The translations under genes and the position numbers were made by a program. This document shows positions 7,979-15,069 of a stretch of DNA of 15,069 bases, one piece after another. The first letter of the stretch is position 1; the number at the start of each line of letters is the position of its first letter. The stretch is from positions 1 through 15,069 of the forward strand of contig JBKPAK010000007.1 of the NCBI GenBank assembly GCA_046726415.1, given 5' to 3'. The notes beneath the pieces are model-generated. The model saw only the letters and a list, made by a program, of their open reading frames with translations, was not told where the DNA came from and did not search any database. Origin of the DNA: Candidatus Methylomirabilota bacterium. GTDB lineage: Bacteria > Methylomirabilota > Methylomirabilia > Rokubacteriales > CSP1-6.

Positions 7979-8135
7979 CGCGTTGCGGCGCGCTCCGGTT
8001 CCGGGCCGCTCCACTGCGTATCGCTCAGGTTCCATCCACCGCCGAGCGTCTTCTAGAGCTGGACGTAGGCGAGGAGCCGTACCGTCGAAGGGCATCCACA
8101 TCTCGCGCTCTCCCCAGCCCCGTTCACGGCCGGCG

Positions 8136-8305
8136 CTAGCGTGCACATCCGGGTGAAGACGTACCAATCGGAAGTGTCGGGGATCGAGCTGCAACGGCGA
8201 TTCGGCTGTCCCGGAGGGCACGGTCGATGACGGTGTCGATCTTGCCCGCCGGGGCCAGCAACGAGGCGACCCGAGTCGGATAACGGCCTCCGAGTCAAGG
8301 CTCAT
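8136..8305 (-). pseudogene. Possible frameshifted and truncated gene remnant (tentatively the N-terminus of a serine hydrolase/beta-lactamase-like esterase)
   Basis: SD GGAGG 6 nt before ATG at 8305 (MSLDSEAVIR...). After about 10 codons the G/C-ending codon pattern moves to another frame, reading RVASLLAPAGKIDTVIDRALRDSRIAVAAR, which ends at TAG 8136-8138. Confidence 0.3.
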
Positions 8306-8341
8306 GTCGTGCCTCCGCGGGTGTCTCCTGACGCCCCACCG

Positions 8342-10789
8342 TCACAGGTTGTCGGCCTCAGTCGAGTTGCGCGGCCCGGCGGCCGTCCCCCGCTGGCCCC
8401 ACTTCCAGCCGCTGACCTGAGGGTGGTCCTCACCGTGTTCGACCACGTATTGCGCGTGCTCGATGAGCGCCTCCTGGATCGCCTGCTTGGCGTACGCCGC
8501 CCGGGCCCCCAGCGCGGGAACGCGATCGATGACGCTTCCTACGAGATGGAAGCGGTCGAGGCCGTTCAGCACGCACATGTCGAACGGCGTCGTCGTCGTC
8601 CCCTCCTCGCGGTAGCCATGCACGTGCAGGTTCTGATGGTTGGTGCGCCGGTACGTGAGGCGGTGGATCAGCGAGGCGTAGCCATGGAAGGCGAAGATGA
8701 CGGGCCGATTCGCGGTGAAGAGCACATCGTAGTCCCTGTCGCTCAGGCCATGGGGGTGCTCGTTCTGCGGCTGCAGCTTCATAAGGTCGACGACATTGAT
8801 GACCCGGATCTTCAGCTCCGGAACGTGCCGGCGGATCAAGTCCACCGCAGCCAGCGTCTCCAGGGTCGGCACGTCGCCGCAGCAGGCCATCACCACGTCC
8901 GGCTCGCTGCCCTGATCATTGCTCGCCCAGGTCCAGATGCCGATGCCGGCCGTGCAGTGCTTGATCGCCTGGTCCATGGTCAGCCACTGGGGGGCCGGTT
9001 GCTTGCCGGTCACCACGACGTTCACGTAGTTCCGACTGCGCAGGCAGTGATCGGTGACCGACAAGAGGCAGTTGGCGTCTGGGGGCAGGTAGACGCGGAC
9101 GACCTCGGCTTTCTTGTTGACGACGTGGTCGATGAAGCCCGGGTCCTGGTGGCTGAAGCCGTTGTGGTCCTGCCGCCACACGTGGCTCGACAGCAGGTAG
9201 TTGAGCGAGGCAATCGGCCGCCGCCACGGGATCTGTCGGGTGACCTTCAGCCACTTGGCGTGCTGGTTGAACATCGAACCGATGATGTGGATAAATGCCT
9301 CGTAACACGAGAAGAAGCCGTGTCGGCCGGTCAGCAGGTAGCCCTCCAGCCACCCCTCGCACTGGTGCTCGGAGAGCATCTCCATCACCCGGCCGTCGGG
9401 AGCCAGGTGGTCGTCGTAGTCGTAGCGGTCCGCGACCCAGGTGCGTTTGGTGACCTGCAGCACGTCCTGCCAGCGGTTCGAGTTGTTCTCGTCCGGGCTG
9501 AACAGGCGGAAGTTCTGGCTTTTCAGGTTGAGCTCCATGACGTCCCGGAGAAACGTGCCCATCACCCGCGTGGCCTCGGCCTCGGTCGCTCCAGGGCCGG
9601 GCACGTCCACGGCGTACTGGCGGAAGTCGGGCATGCGGAGATCCTTGAGCAGCAGCCCGCCGTTGGCGTGGGGGTTGGCGCTCATGCGCCGCTCGCCCTT
9701 GGGGGGCAGCTCGGCCAGTTCGGGCACCAGCCGGCCGGCGGAATCGAACAGCTCCTCGGGCTTGTAGCTCTTCATCCACTGCTCGAGGATCTGCACGTGG
9801 GCGGGGTTCTCGTGCATCTCACCCATGGGCACCTGATGCGACCGCCAGTAGCCCTCGGTCCGCTTGCCGTCGATCTCCTTGGGGCAGGTCCAGCCCTTGG
9901 GCGAGCGGAGAATGATCAGGGGCCAGCGCGGCCTCTCGGTGAAGCCCTCCCGGCGCGCGACCGCTTTGATGCGCTTGATCTCGTCGATGACCGTGTCGAG
10001 GGTCGCCGCCATGAGCTGGTGCATCTTTTCCGGCTCATGCCCCTCGACGAGGTAGGGCGTATAGCCGTAGCCACGGAAGAGGTGATCCAGCTCTTCGGGA
10101 CTGATCCGGGCCAGCACGGTGGGGTTGGCGATCTTGTAGCCGTTGAGGTGGAGGATCGGCAGGACCGTCCCGTCGCGGGCGGGATTGAGAAATTTGTTGG
10201 AGTGCCAGCTTGTGGCCAGCGGCCCCGTCTCCGCTTCGCCGTCGCCGACCACGCACGCCACGATGAGGTCCGGGTTGTCGAAGGCGGCGCCGTAGCCGTG
10301 CGAGAGGGCGTAGCCCAGCTCGCCGCCCTCGTGAATGGAGCCGGGAGTCTCCGGGGCGACGTGGCTCGGGATGCCGCCGGGGAAGGAGAACTGCTTGAAC
10401 AGCTTCTTCATCCCCTCGGCATCGGAGCCGATGTTCGGATAGACCTCGCTGTACGTCCCCTCGAGGTACGCGTTGGCCACCAGGCCCGGCCCTCCATGCC
10501 CGGGACCGGTGATGTAGATCATGCTCAGGTCGTTCTTCTTGATCACGCGGTTCAGGTGGACATAGATGAAGTTGAGCCCCGGCGTCGTCCCCCAGTGGCC
10601 CAGCAGACGCGGCTTGACGTGCTCCTTGGTGAGAGGTTTTTTCAAGAGCGGGTTGTCGAACAGGTAGATCTGACCCACCGAGAGATAGTTGGTCGCGCGC
10701 CAATAGGCGTCGATCTTCCGCAGATCATCGACCGCCAGTGGGGCGCTTTGGGGACCGCTACGTACGGCATCGGCCGTTGGGATACTCAT
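8342..10789 (-). CDS. xfp: Xylulose-5-phosphate/fructose-6-phosphate phosphoketolase (ThDP-dependent), 815 aa
   Basis: Motifs [21 protein letters not shown], ThDP-binding GDGEAETG...[34 protein letters not shown] and [12 protein letters not shown] moved the start from GTG 10882 to ATG 10789 because AGGAG sits 7 nt upstream of that ATG and the extra 31 aa look non-coding. Confidence 0.97.
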   Translation of the reverse strand: MSIPTADAVRSGPQSAPLAVDDLRKIDAYWRATNYLSVGQIYLFDNPLLKKPLTKEHVKPRLLGHWGTTPGLNFIYVHLNRVIKKNDLSMIYITGPGHGGPGLVANAYLEGTYSEVYPNIGSDAEGMKKLFKQFSFPGGIPSHVAPETPGSIHEGGELGYALSHGYGAAFDNPDLIVACVVGDGEAETGPLATSWHSNKFLNPARDGTVLPILHLNGYKIANPTVLARISPEELDHLFRGYGYTPYLVEGHEPEKMHQLMAATLDTVIDEIKRIKAVARREGFTERPRWPLIILRSPKGWTCPKEIDGKRTEGYWRSHQVPMGEMHENPAHVQILEQWMKSYKPEELFDSAGRLVPELAELPPKGERRMSANPHANGGLLLKDLRMPDFRQYAVDVPGPGATEAEATRVMGTFLRDVMELNLKSQNFRLFSPDENNSNRWQDVLQVTKRTWVADRYDYDDHLAPDGRVMEMLSEHQCEGWLEGYLLTGRHGFFSCYEAFIHIIGSMFNQHAKWLKVTRQIPWRRPIASLNYLLSSHVWRQDHNGFSHQDPGFIDHVVNKKAEVVRVYLPPDANCLLSVTDHCLRSRNYVNVVVTGKQPAPQWLTMDQAIKHCTAGIGIWTWASNDQGSEPDVVMACCGDVPTLETLAAVDLIRRHVPELKIRVINVVDLMKLQPQNEHPHGLSDRDYDVLFTANRPVIFAFHGYASLIHRLTYRRTNHQNLHVHGYREEGTTTTPFDMCVLNGLDRFHLVGSVIDRVPALGARAAYAKQAIQEALIEHAQYVVEHGEDHPQVSGWKWGQRGTAAGPRNSTEADNL

Positions 10790-10894
10790 GACGGTGCTCC
10801 TGCTCTTGGGGTTGTGCCGAGGGTTTCGCCAGGATCGACGACCGGGGAGCGCACGGGAAATTGGAACTTTGGACGTACGCACACGGCGAGCGCG

Positions 10895-11365
10895 TCAGTC
10901 AGCCGACTGGAGGGCCGCCAAGACGTCATCCGGGTGCTTCTCCGCCTTGGCCACCCTCGGCCAGTGTTTCTTGACCTTGCCATCGGGCCCGATCCACACG
11001 GTGGAGCGGATCACGCCGTTCGTCTTCTTGCCGTACATCATCTTTTCGCCATAGGCTCCATAGGAGGCCATGACCTTGCGGTCTGGATCGGATAGAAGGG
11101 TGAACGGCAGCTTGTACTTCGCCGCGAACTTCTTGTGCGATTCGCTCCCGTCGGCTGACACGCCCAGCACGACGGCCCTCAGCGTTCCAAAGGCCTTCCA
11201 GTGGTCGCGGAAGCCGCACGCCTCCTTGGTGCATCCCGGCGTGTCGTCCTTCGGATAGAAGTAGAGGATCACATCCCGGCCGGCGAAGTCCTTCAGGGAC
11301 ACTCGCTTGCCGTCGGGGTTGGTCAATGTGAATTCGGGGGCCGCCTTGCCTTCCTGGATGGCCAT
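10895..11365 (-). CDS. bcp: Thioredoxin-dependent thiol peroxidase, BCP/PrxQ subfamily (CxxxxC 2-Cys type)
   Basis: 156 aa. SD AGGAGG. FYPKDDTPGCTKEAC contains the PxxxTxxC peroxidatic motif and a resolving Cys five residues later; also LGVSAD, LLSDPD and the conserved Arg in VIRST. Confidence 0.96.
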   Translation of the reverse strand: MAIQEGKAAPEFTLTNPDGKRVSLKDFAGRDVILYFYPKDDTPGCTKEACGFRDHWKAFGTLRAVVLGVSADGSESHKKFAAKYKLPFTLLSDPDRKVMASYGAYGEKMMYGKKTNGVIRSTVWIGPDGKVKKHWPRVAKAEKHPDDVLAALQSAD

Positions 11366-11410
11366 CGATGATCCCTCCTGCCGGACGTCAGTGCTGCCAA
11401 TGCTACCGCG

Positions 11411-12361
11411 TCACCCGTAGCGGATGCGCGGATCGAGATAGCTGTAAAGCAGGTCGATGCCCAGATTGATCGTCATGAACATGACGGCGATGAACAGGAT
11501 GGTGCTCTGCGTCAGCGGGTAGTCGCGCTGATAGATCGACCAGAGGACGAGGCGCCCCACTCCGGGCAAGGTGAACACCTCCTCGACGACCACGGTTCCG
11601 CCAAGGAGGATGCCCATCTGGAGTCCAGCCACCGTCACCACCGGGATCATGGCGTTCCGGAGAGCGTGCTTGAGCACGACGGCTCGGCCGCCGAGGCCCT
11701 TGGCCGAGGCCGTCCTGATGTACTCCGAACGCAGCACGTCCAGCATGCAGGCCCGGGTCGTGCGCGCGATGCTGGCCGCACTGGCCGTTCCCAGGCAGAG
11801 CGCGGGTAGCGCCATGATCGTGAGGTTGCGCAGCGGATCGGTCCAGAGGTCGACCCAGACCACGGAGGGCATCCAGCGAAGGTAGAGCGAAAAGAAGAGA
11901 ATCAGCATCGTGCCCTGCCAGAAGACGGGGACGGACAATCCCAGCAGCGCACCCACCCGGGTGACATTGTCGATGGCGCGTCGTCGATAGACGGCGGAGG
12001 CGATCCCCGCCAGCATACCGAAGACGAGGGCGAAGGCCACGGCGAGCGCCGTCAGCTCCAGGGTCACCGGCAAGCGCTCGAAGATGAGGCGAATCACCGG
12101 CTTGCCGGTGCGCCAGGACGTGCCCAGGTCGCCCTGCGCGAGGTGGCCGAGCCACTGCGCATACTGCACGTACCACGGCTGGTCGAGCCCGAAGAAGCGC
12201 TTGAGCTGCTCGACCATCTGCGGGCTCACCACCGCGTCGGCGCCGATCATCTGCTCGACCACCGTGCCCGGGATCAGGCGAAGCATCAGGAAGATGAGTA
12301 CGGTCAGGCCGAGTAACGTCAAGGCCATGGAGTACAGCCGCACCACGAGGTAGCGGCCCAT
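11411..12361 (-). CDS. Peptide/nickel ABC transporter permease, DppB/OppB-like (cassette 2)
   Basis: 316 aa. FGLDQPWYVQY, GDLGTSW, RLPVTLEL, EAA loop YIRTASAKGL, KHALRNA, QRDYPL, and C-terminal LDPRIRYG. Starts 7 nt after the SBP stop. Confidence 0.95.
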   Translation of the reverse strand: MGRYLVVRLYSMALTLLGLTVLIFLMLRLIPGTVVEQMIGADAVVSPQMVEQLKRFFGLDQPWYVQYAQWLGHLAQGDLGTSWRTGKPVIRLIFERLPVTLELTALAVAFALVFGMLAGIASAVYRRRAIDNVTRVGALLGLSVPVFWQGTMLILFFSLYLRWMPSVVWVDLWTDPLRNLTIMALPALCLGTASAASIARTTRACMLDVLRSEYIRTASAKGLGGRAVVLKHALRNAMIPVVTVAGLQMGILLGGTVVVEEVFTLPGVGRLVLWSIYQRDYPLTQSTILFIAVMFMTINLGIDLLYSYLDPRIRYG

Positions 12362-12368
12362 CGGAGGC

Positions 12369-14003
12369 TCAGACCTTGTCGATCCAGACCCCCTCGAAGC
12401 CGTACAGCATCGTCGTTGGGTGCTGTTTCCAGCCCTTCACCGAGGCCTGGGTGAAGTCGATGGTATCGGCCGAGAAGAGCCAGAGGTGCGGCACATTCTC
12501 GAGGATGAGGATCTGGACCTTGTCATAGATGGCCTTGCGCTTCTTCTGATCCATCGTCCGCCGGCCGTCCTCGAGGAGGGCGTCCAGCTCGGGCACGCTC
12601 CAGCTGTTCCAGTTCTGGCCCTTGGTGGAATGGAGCGCCCGGAAGAAAGCCGTGTCGGGATCGGCGTAGCCCGGCGTGGTGTTCATGGTCATGTCGAAGT
12701 CCTTGGCCAGCCAGCGCTTGATCCAGACCGCGTACTCCACGTTCTCGATCTCAGCGGTGATCCCGATGCGCTTCAGATTCGCGGCGACCACTGGGGCCCC
12801 CGCTACCATGGTGGGAAACGTCGGGATCACCGAGAGCTTGACCGTGAAGCCGCTCGCCTGGCCAGCATCGGCCATGAGCTTCTTCGCCTTCTCGACGTCC
12901 GGCTTGTAGAAGCGCATCCATTGCTCCTCGGGCAGCTGCCAGGCTTTCATGGGCGCGGTGGCGGGCGCGGTGAGGCGTCCAAAGCCGGCCGCGGCCACTC
13001 GGAGGACCGCCGTGCGGTCCACCGTCCAGCTGATGGCCTGGCGGACCCGAATGTCCTTGAGCGGGCCTCGGCTCGCGTTGATGTTGAGGAAATCGTAGCC
13101 AAGCCGCGAGCTGCGATAGCCGATCAGCGCCTTCTCGTCCTTCAACAAGTTCCAGTTCTTGTTGTCCTCGATGAAGGCGTGCTGGATCTGTCCAGTCCTG
13201 AGCGCGGCCACGATGTTGGCCTCGTCGGGAATGATGCGGAGAATGGCCTGGTCGACGTAGGGGAGACCCTGCTTGAAGTACTGCGGGTGCTTCTTCATCA
13301 CCAGCTGCTGCTCGACCTTCCAGTCCTCGAGCATGTAGGGCCCGGTCCCCACGGCGGCCTTGTTCAGGTCGCCATGCCTCTTGATCCCCGCCTCGCTGAT
13401 GACGAAGCCCCAAAAGCCGCCGAGCGCGGCCAGGAGCCCGGCGAACGGCTCCTTGGTCACGAACTTGATCTGATACTTCCCCGCCGGTTCGACCTTGTCG
13501 ACCGCGATGAAGTCCGACTTGCCCGGGGACTTCTCGAACAGTCGATCGAACGTGAACTTGACGTCGGCCGAGGTCAGCTCCTGGCCGTCGTGGAACTTGA
13601 CGCCTTGTCGCAGCTTGAAGGTCCAGCTCAGCCCGTCCTTGCTGATCTCCCACGACTCCGCCAGCTCGGGCTGGGGATTCATGTCCGCGTCGAAGCGGAC
13701 GAGCTGGTTGTAGAAGAGCGGCGAGCGCCGGCTTCGCGAGAAGGCGGGGACAAGCTGGGGATCGAGGCCCGTCGCCTCCGTGGTCTGCGCGGAGACGAAG
13801 GTGCCTCCCGATCTGGGAGCCTGGGCGAAGGCCGGTCGCCCCAGGGCGAGGGCAGCCAGGCCGGCGCCACCTGCACGGAGCAGCTCGCGACGGCTGAGCG
13901 CGAGCGAACCAATCGACCTTGGGGGTTCCCGATCGAAGGTGTGGAAGAAGAGCGACCCCCGCTCCCCGTGACGTCGAGAGTCAGATCGGCGGTGCGTGGT
14001 CAT
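12369..14003 (-). CDS. ABC transporter substrate-binding protein, family 5, twin-arginine (Tat) signal (cassette 2), 544 aa
   Basis: I moved the start to ATG 14003 because AGGAGG (14016-14011) sits 7 nt upstream. Tat motif SRRELL, hydrophobic stretch and AFA cleavage site. Family-5 motifs PELAESWEIS, FKLRQGVKFHDG, GTGPY, DIRVRQAI and DVEKAKKLM. Confidence 0.95.
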   Translation of the reverse strand: MTTHRRSDSRRHGERGSLFFHTFDREPPRSIGSLALSRRELLRAGGAGLAALALGRPAFAQAPRSGGTFVSAQTTEATGLDPQLVPAFSRSRRSPLFYNQLVRFDADMNPQPELAESWEISKDGLSWTFKLRQGVKFHDGQELTSADVKFTFDRLFEKSPGKSDFIAVDKVEPAGKYQIKFVTKEPFAGLLAALGGFWGFVISEAGIKRHGDLNKAAVGTGPYMLEDWKVEQQLVMKKHPQYFKQGLPYVDQAILRIIPDEANIVAALRTGQIQHAFIEDNKNWNLLKDEKALIGYRSSRLGYDFLNINASRGPLKDIRVRQAISWTVDRTAVLRVAAAGFGRLTAPATAPMKAWQLPEEQWMRFYKPDVEKAKKLMADAGQASGFTVKLSVIPTFPTMVAGAPVVAANLKRIGITAEIENVEYAVWIKRWLAKDFDMTMNTTPGYADPDTAFFRALHSTKGQNWNSWSVPELDALLEDGRRTMDQKKRKAIYDKVQILILENVPHLWLFSADTIDFTQASVKGWKQHPTTMLYGFEGVWIDKV

Positions 14004-14025
14004 CGTGGAGCCTCCTGTGATCGGG

Positions 14026-14883
14026 TCATGCAGTGTTTGGGTCGAGGACGTCGCGCAACCCGTCGCCGAGCAGGTTGAAGGCAAGGACAGCGACCATGAT
14101 GGCGATGCCGGGAAACACGGAGATCCAGGGGGCGGTCTCCAGATACGTCCGACCCTCGTTGAGCATATTGCCCCACGACGGCGTTGGCGGCTGGGCCGAG
14201 AGCCCGAGGTAGCTGAGGGATGCCTCGATCAAGATGGCCTGGGAGAAGGCCACCGTACCCTGGACGACGAACGGCGAGATCACGTTCGGCAGGACGTGCT
14301 TGAGGGCCACCGCCCACCGCGAGGCCCCCAGGGCACGCACCGCCTCCACGTACTCCCTCTCGCGCTCGGCCAGAACTGGCCCGCGCATCACTCGCGCGAA
14401 GAGGGGCGTGTACACGATGGCGATGGCCAGCACCGCGCTGTTTACCCCGGGGCCGCGCATGGCGGCAATGCCCACGGCCAGGAGCAATCCCGGAACGCTG
14501 AAGAAGATGTCCAAGACGCGATTGATCGCATTGTCCCACGCGCCCCCTCGATAGCCGGCGGCGAGGCCGAGGGCGCCGCCGATCAGCATGGCCACCCCGA
14601 TGGACGAGACAGCGACATAGAGCGAGATGCGCGATCCATAGATGACGCGGCTGAGCACGTCGCGGCCGAAGCGATCGGTGCCGAAGAGCGCCTGGGCGCC
14701 GGGTCGGGCCTCGATCAGCTCGATGTTCTGCTCGTCGGGCGGATGGGGAGCCAGCGTCCCGGCGAAGGCGGCCATCACCACGATGAGCAGCGCAAGGAAC
14801 GCCCCGCTCACCACCACCGCGCTGTGGAAGGTGCGCCGGACTTGCCGGCCCCATTGCGACCAGGGCCGGGCGACGCGCGGCAT
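14026..14883 (-). CDS. Peptide/nickel ABC transporter permease, DppC/OppC-like (cassette 2); start ATG 14883 or GTG 14892
   Basis: FGTDRFGRDVLSRVIYGSRISL, EAA loop YVEAVRALG, KHVLPN, PPTPSWGNML and FNLLGDGLRDVLDP. The ORF-track TTG at 14994 lies upstream of the predicted promoter, so the true start is probably downstream of it. Confidence 0.92.
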   Translation of the reverse strand: MPRVARPWSQWGRQVRRTFHSAVVVSGAFLALLIVVMAAFAGTLAPHPPDEQNIELIEARPGAQALFGTDRFGRDVLSRVIYGSRISLYVAVSSIGVAMLIGGALGLAAGYRGGAWDNAINRVLDIFFSVPGLLLAVGIAAMRGPGVNSAVLAIAIVYTPLFARVMRGPVLAEREREYVEAVRALGASRWAVALKHVLPNVISPFVVQGTVAFSQAILIEASLSYLGLSAQPPTPSWGNMLNEGRTYLETAPWISVFPGIAIMVAVLAFNLLGDGLRDVLDPNTA

Positions 14884-14918
14884 CTCGATCACGCCGGGTG
14901 GGCTCGCCTCCCGGGGCG

Positions 14919-14948
14919 AGACTAGCCGGGCGGACTTCCGCCTGTCAA
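14919..14948 (-). promoter_or_regulatory. Putative sigma70 promoter for ABC cassette 2
   Basis: TTGACA (14948-14943) - 18 nt - TAGTCT (14924-14919), which fits TAnnnT. The predicted TSS is near 14912. Confidence 0.65.
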
Positions 14949-15009
14949 TGGGAGCGGGTCGCTTCCGATTGCGTACTGACGAGTCGAGACCCAATCTCCG
15001 CCGCGCGCA

Positions 15010-15066
15010 TTGATACCGCTGGCCCCCCTCTCTACAGTCGCAGGCACATCGAATCGACCGGGGAGG
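15010..15066 (+). promoter_or_regulatory. Putative sigma70 promoter and SD for a divergent gene starting just beyond the window
   Basis: TTGATA (15010-15015) - 17 nt - TACAGT (15033-15038), followed by GGGGAGG at 15060-15066. Confidence 0.65.
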
Positions 15067-15069
15067 CGC

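Noticed and set aside
7613..8305. 230-aa minus-strand ORF as an intact gene
   Set aside because: It runs through the cassette 1 promoter and leader and overlaps the SBP out of frame, with Arg/Pro/Ser-rich non-coding composition. Only its SD, ATG and first codons look real, so it is treated as a remnant.
10790..10882. N-terminal extensions given by the ORF track for xfp (GTG 10882), SBP 2 (14084) and permease C (TTG 14994)
   Set aside because: For xfp and SBP 2, downstream ATGs have well-spaced SDs. For permease C, the extension spans the predicted promoter.
10790..10894. Riboswitch (GGCGAAACC resembles part of c-di-GMP-I) or SECIS in the xfp leader
   Set aside because: The remaining conserved elements and pairings are absent; only a short word matches.
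8309..11095. 928-aa + strand ORF antisense to xfp and bcp
   Set aside because: It is exactly codon-registered with xfp and bcp. Antisense stops need TTA/CTA/TCA sense codons, which are rare at this GC content. It has no recognisable motifs, so it is a shadow ORF.
1..15069. CRISPR arrays, tRNA/rRNA, IS or integrase genes, toxin-antitoxin or defence systems
   Set aside because: I saw no spaced direct repeats, cloverleaf or T-loop motifs, transposase or recombinase motifs, or obvious compositional shift. Nearly all of the sequence is explained by housekeeping-type genes.

Overview
High-GC (visually about 68%) bacterial chromosomal segment of metabolic and transport genes. The gene style, with several family-5 peptide/nickel ABC cassettes lacking ATPases, is reminiscent of Ca. 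Rokuibacteriota/Methylomirabilota, but that is inference only. Left to right: 3' end of an unidentified + strand gene; phosphoenolpyruvate carboxylase (ppc, -); a divergent D-2-hydroxyacid dehydrogenase (+); ABC cassette 1 (SBP-permease B-permease C, -); a ~510 bp spacer holding a promoter and a possible frameshifted gene remnant; phosphoketolase (xfp, -); BCP/PrxQ peroxiredoxin (bcp, -); ABC cassette 2 (permease C-Tat-exported SBP-permease B, -); and a back-to-back promoter pair pointing to a gene just past the right edge. I see no rRNA, tRNA, CRISPR array, mobile element or defence system, and I cannot support a claim of a new biological system. The best leads are: two fully bounded ABC cassettes with no ATPase gene, a probable CTG start for ppc, a 25-bp hairpin filling the SBP-permease gap, a 2-hydroxyacid dehydrogenase with a remodelled substrate loop, and a possible transporter-bcp-xfp operon. 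All functional calls come from motifs recognised by eye; no searches were run.
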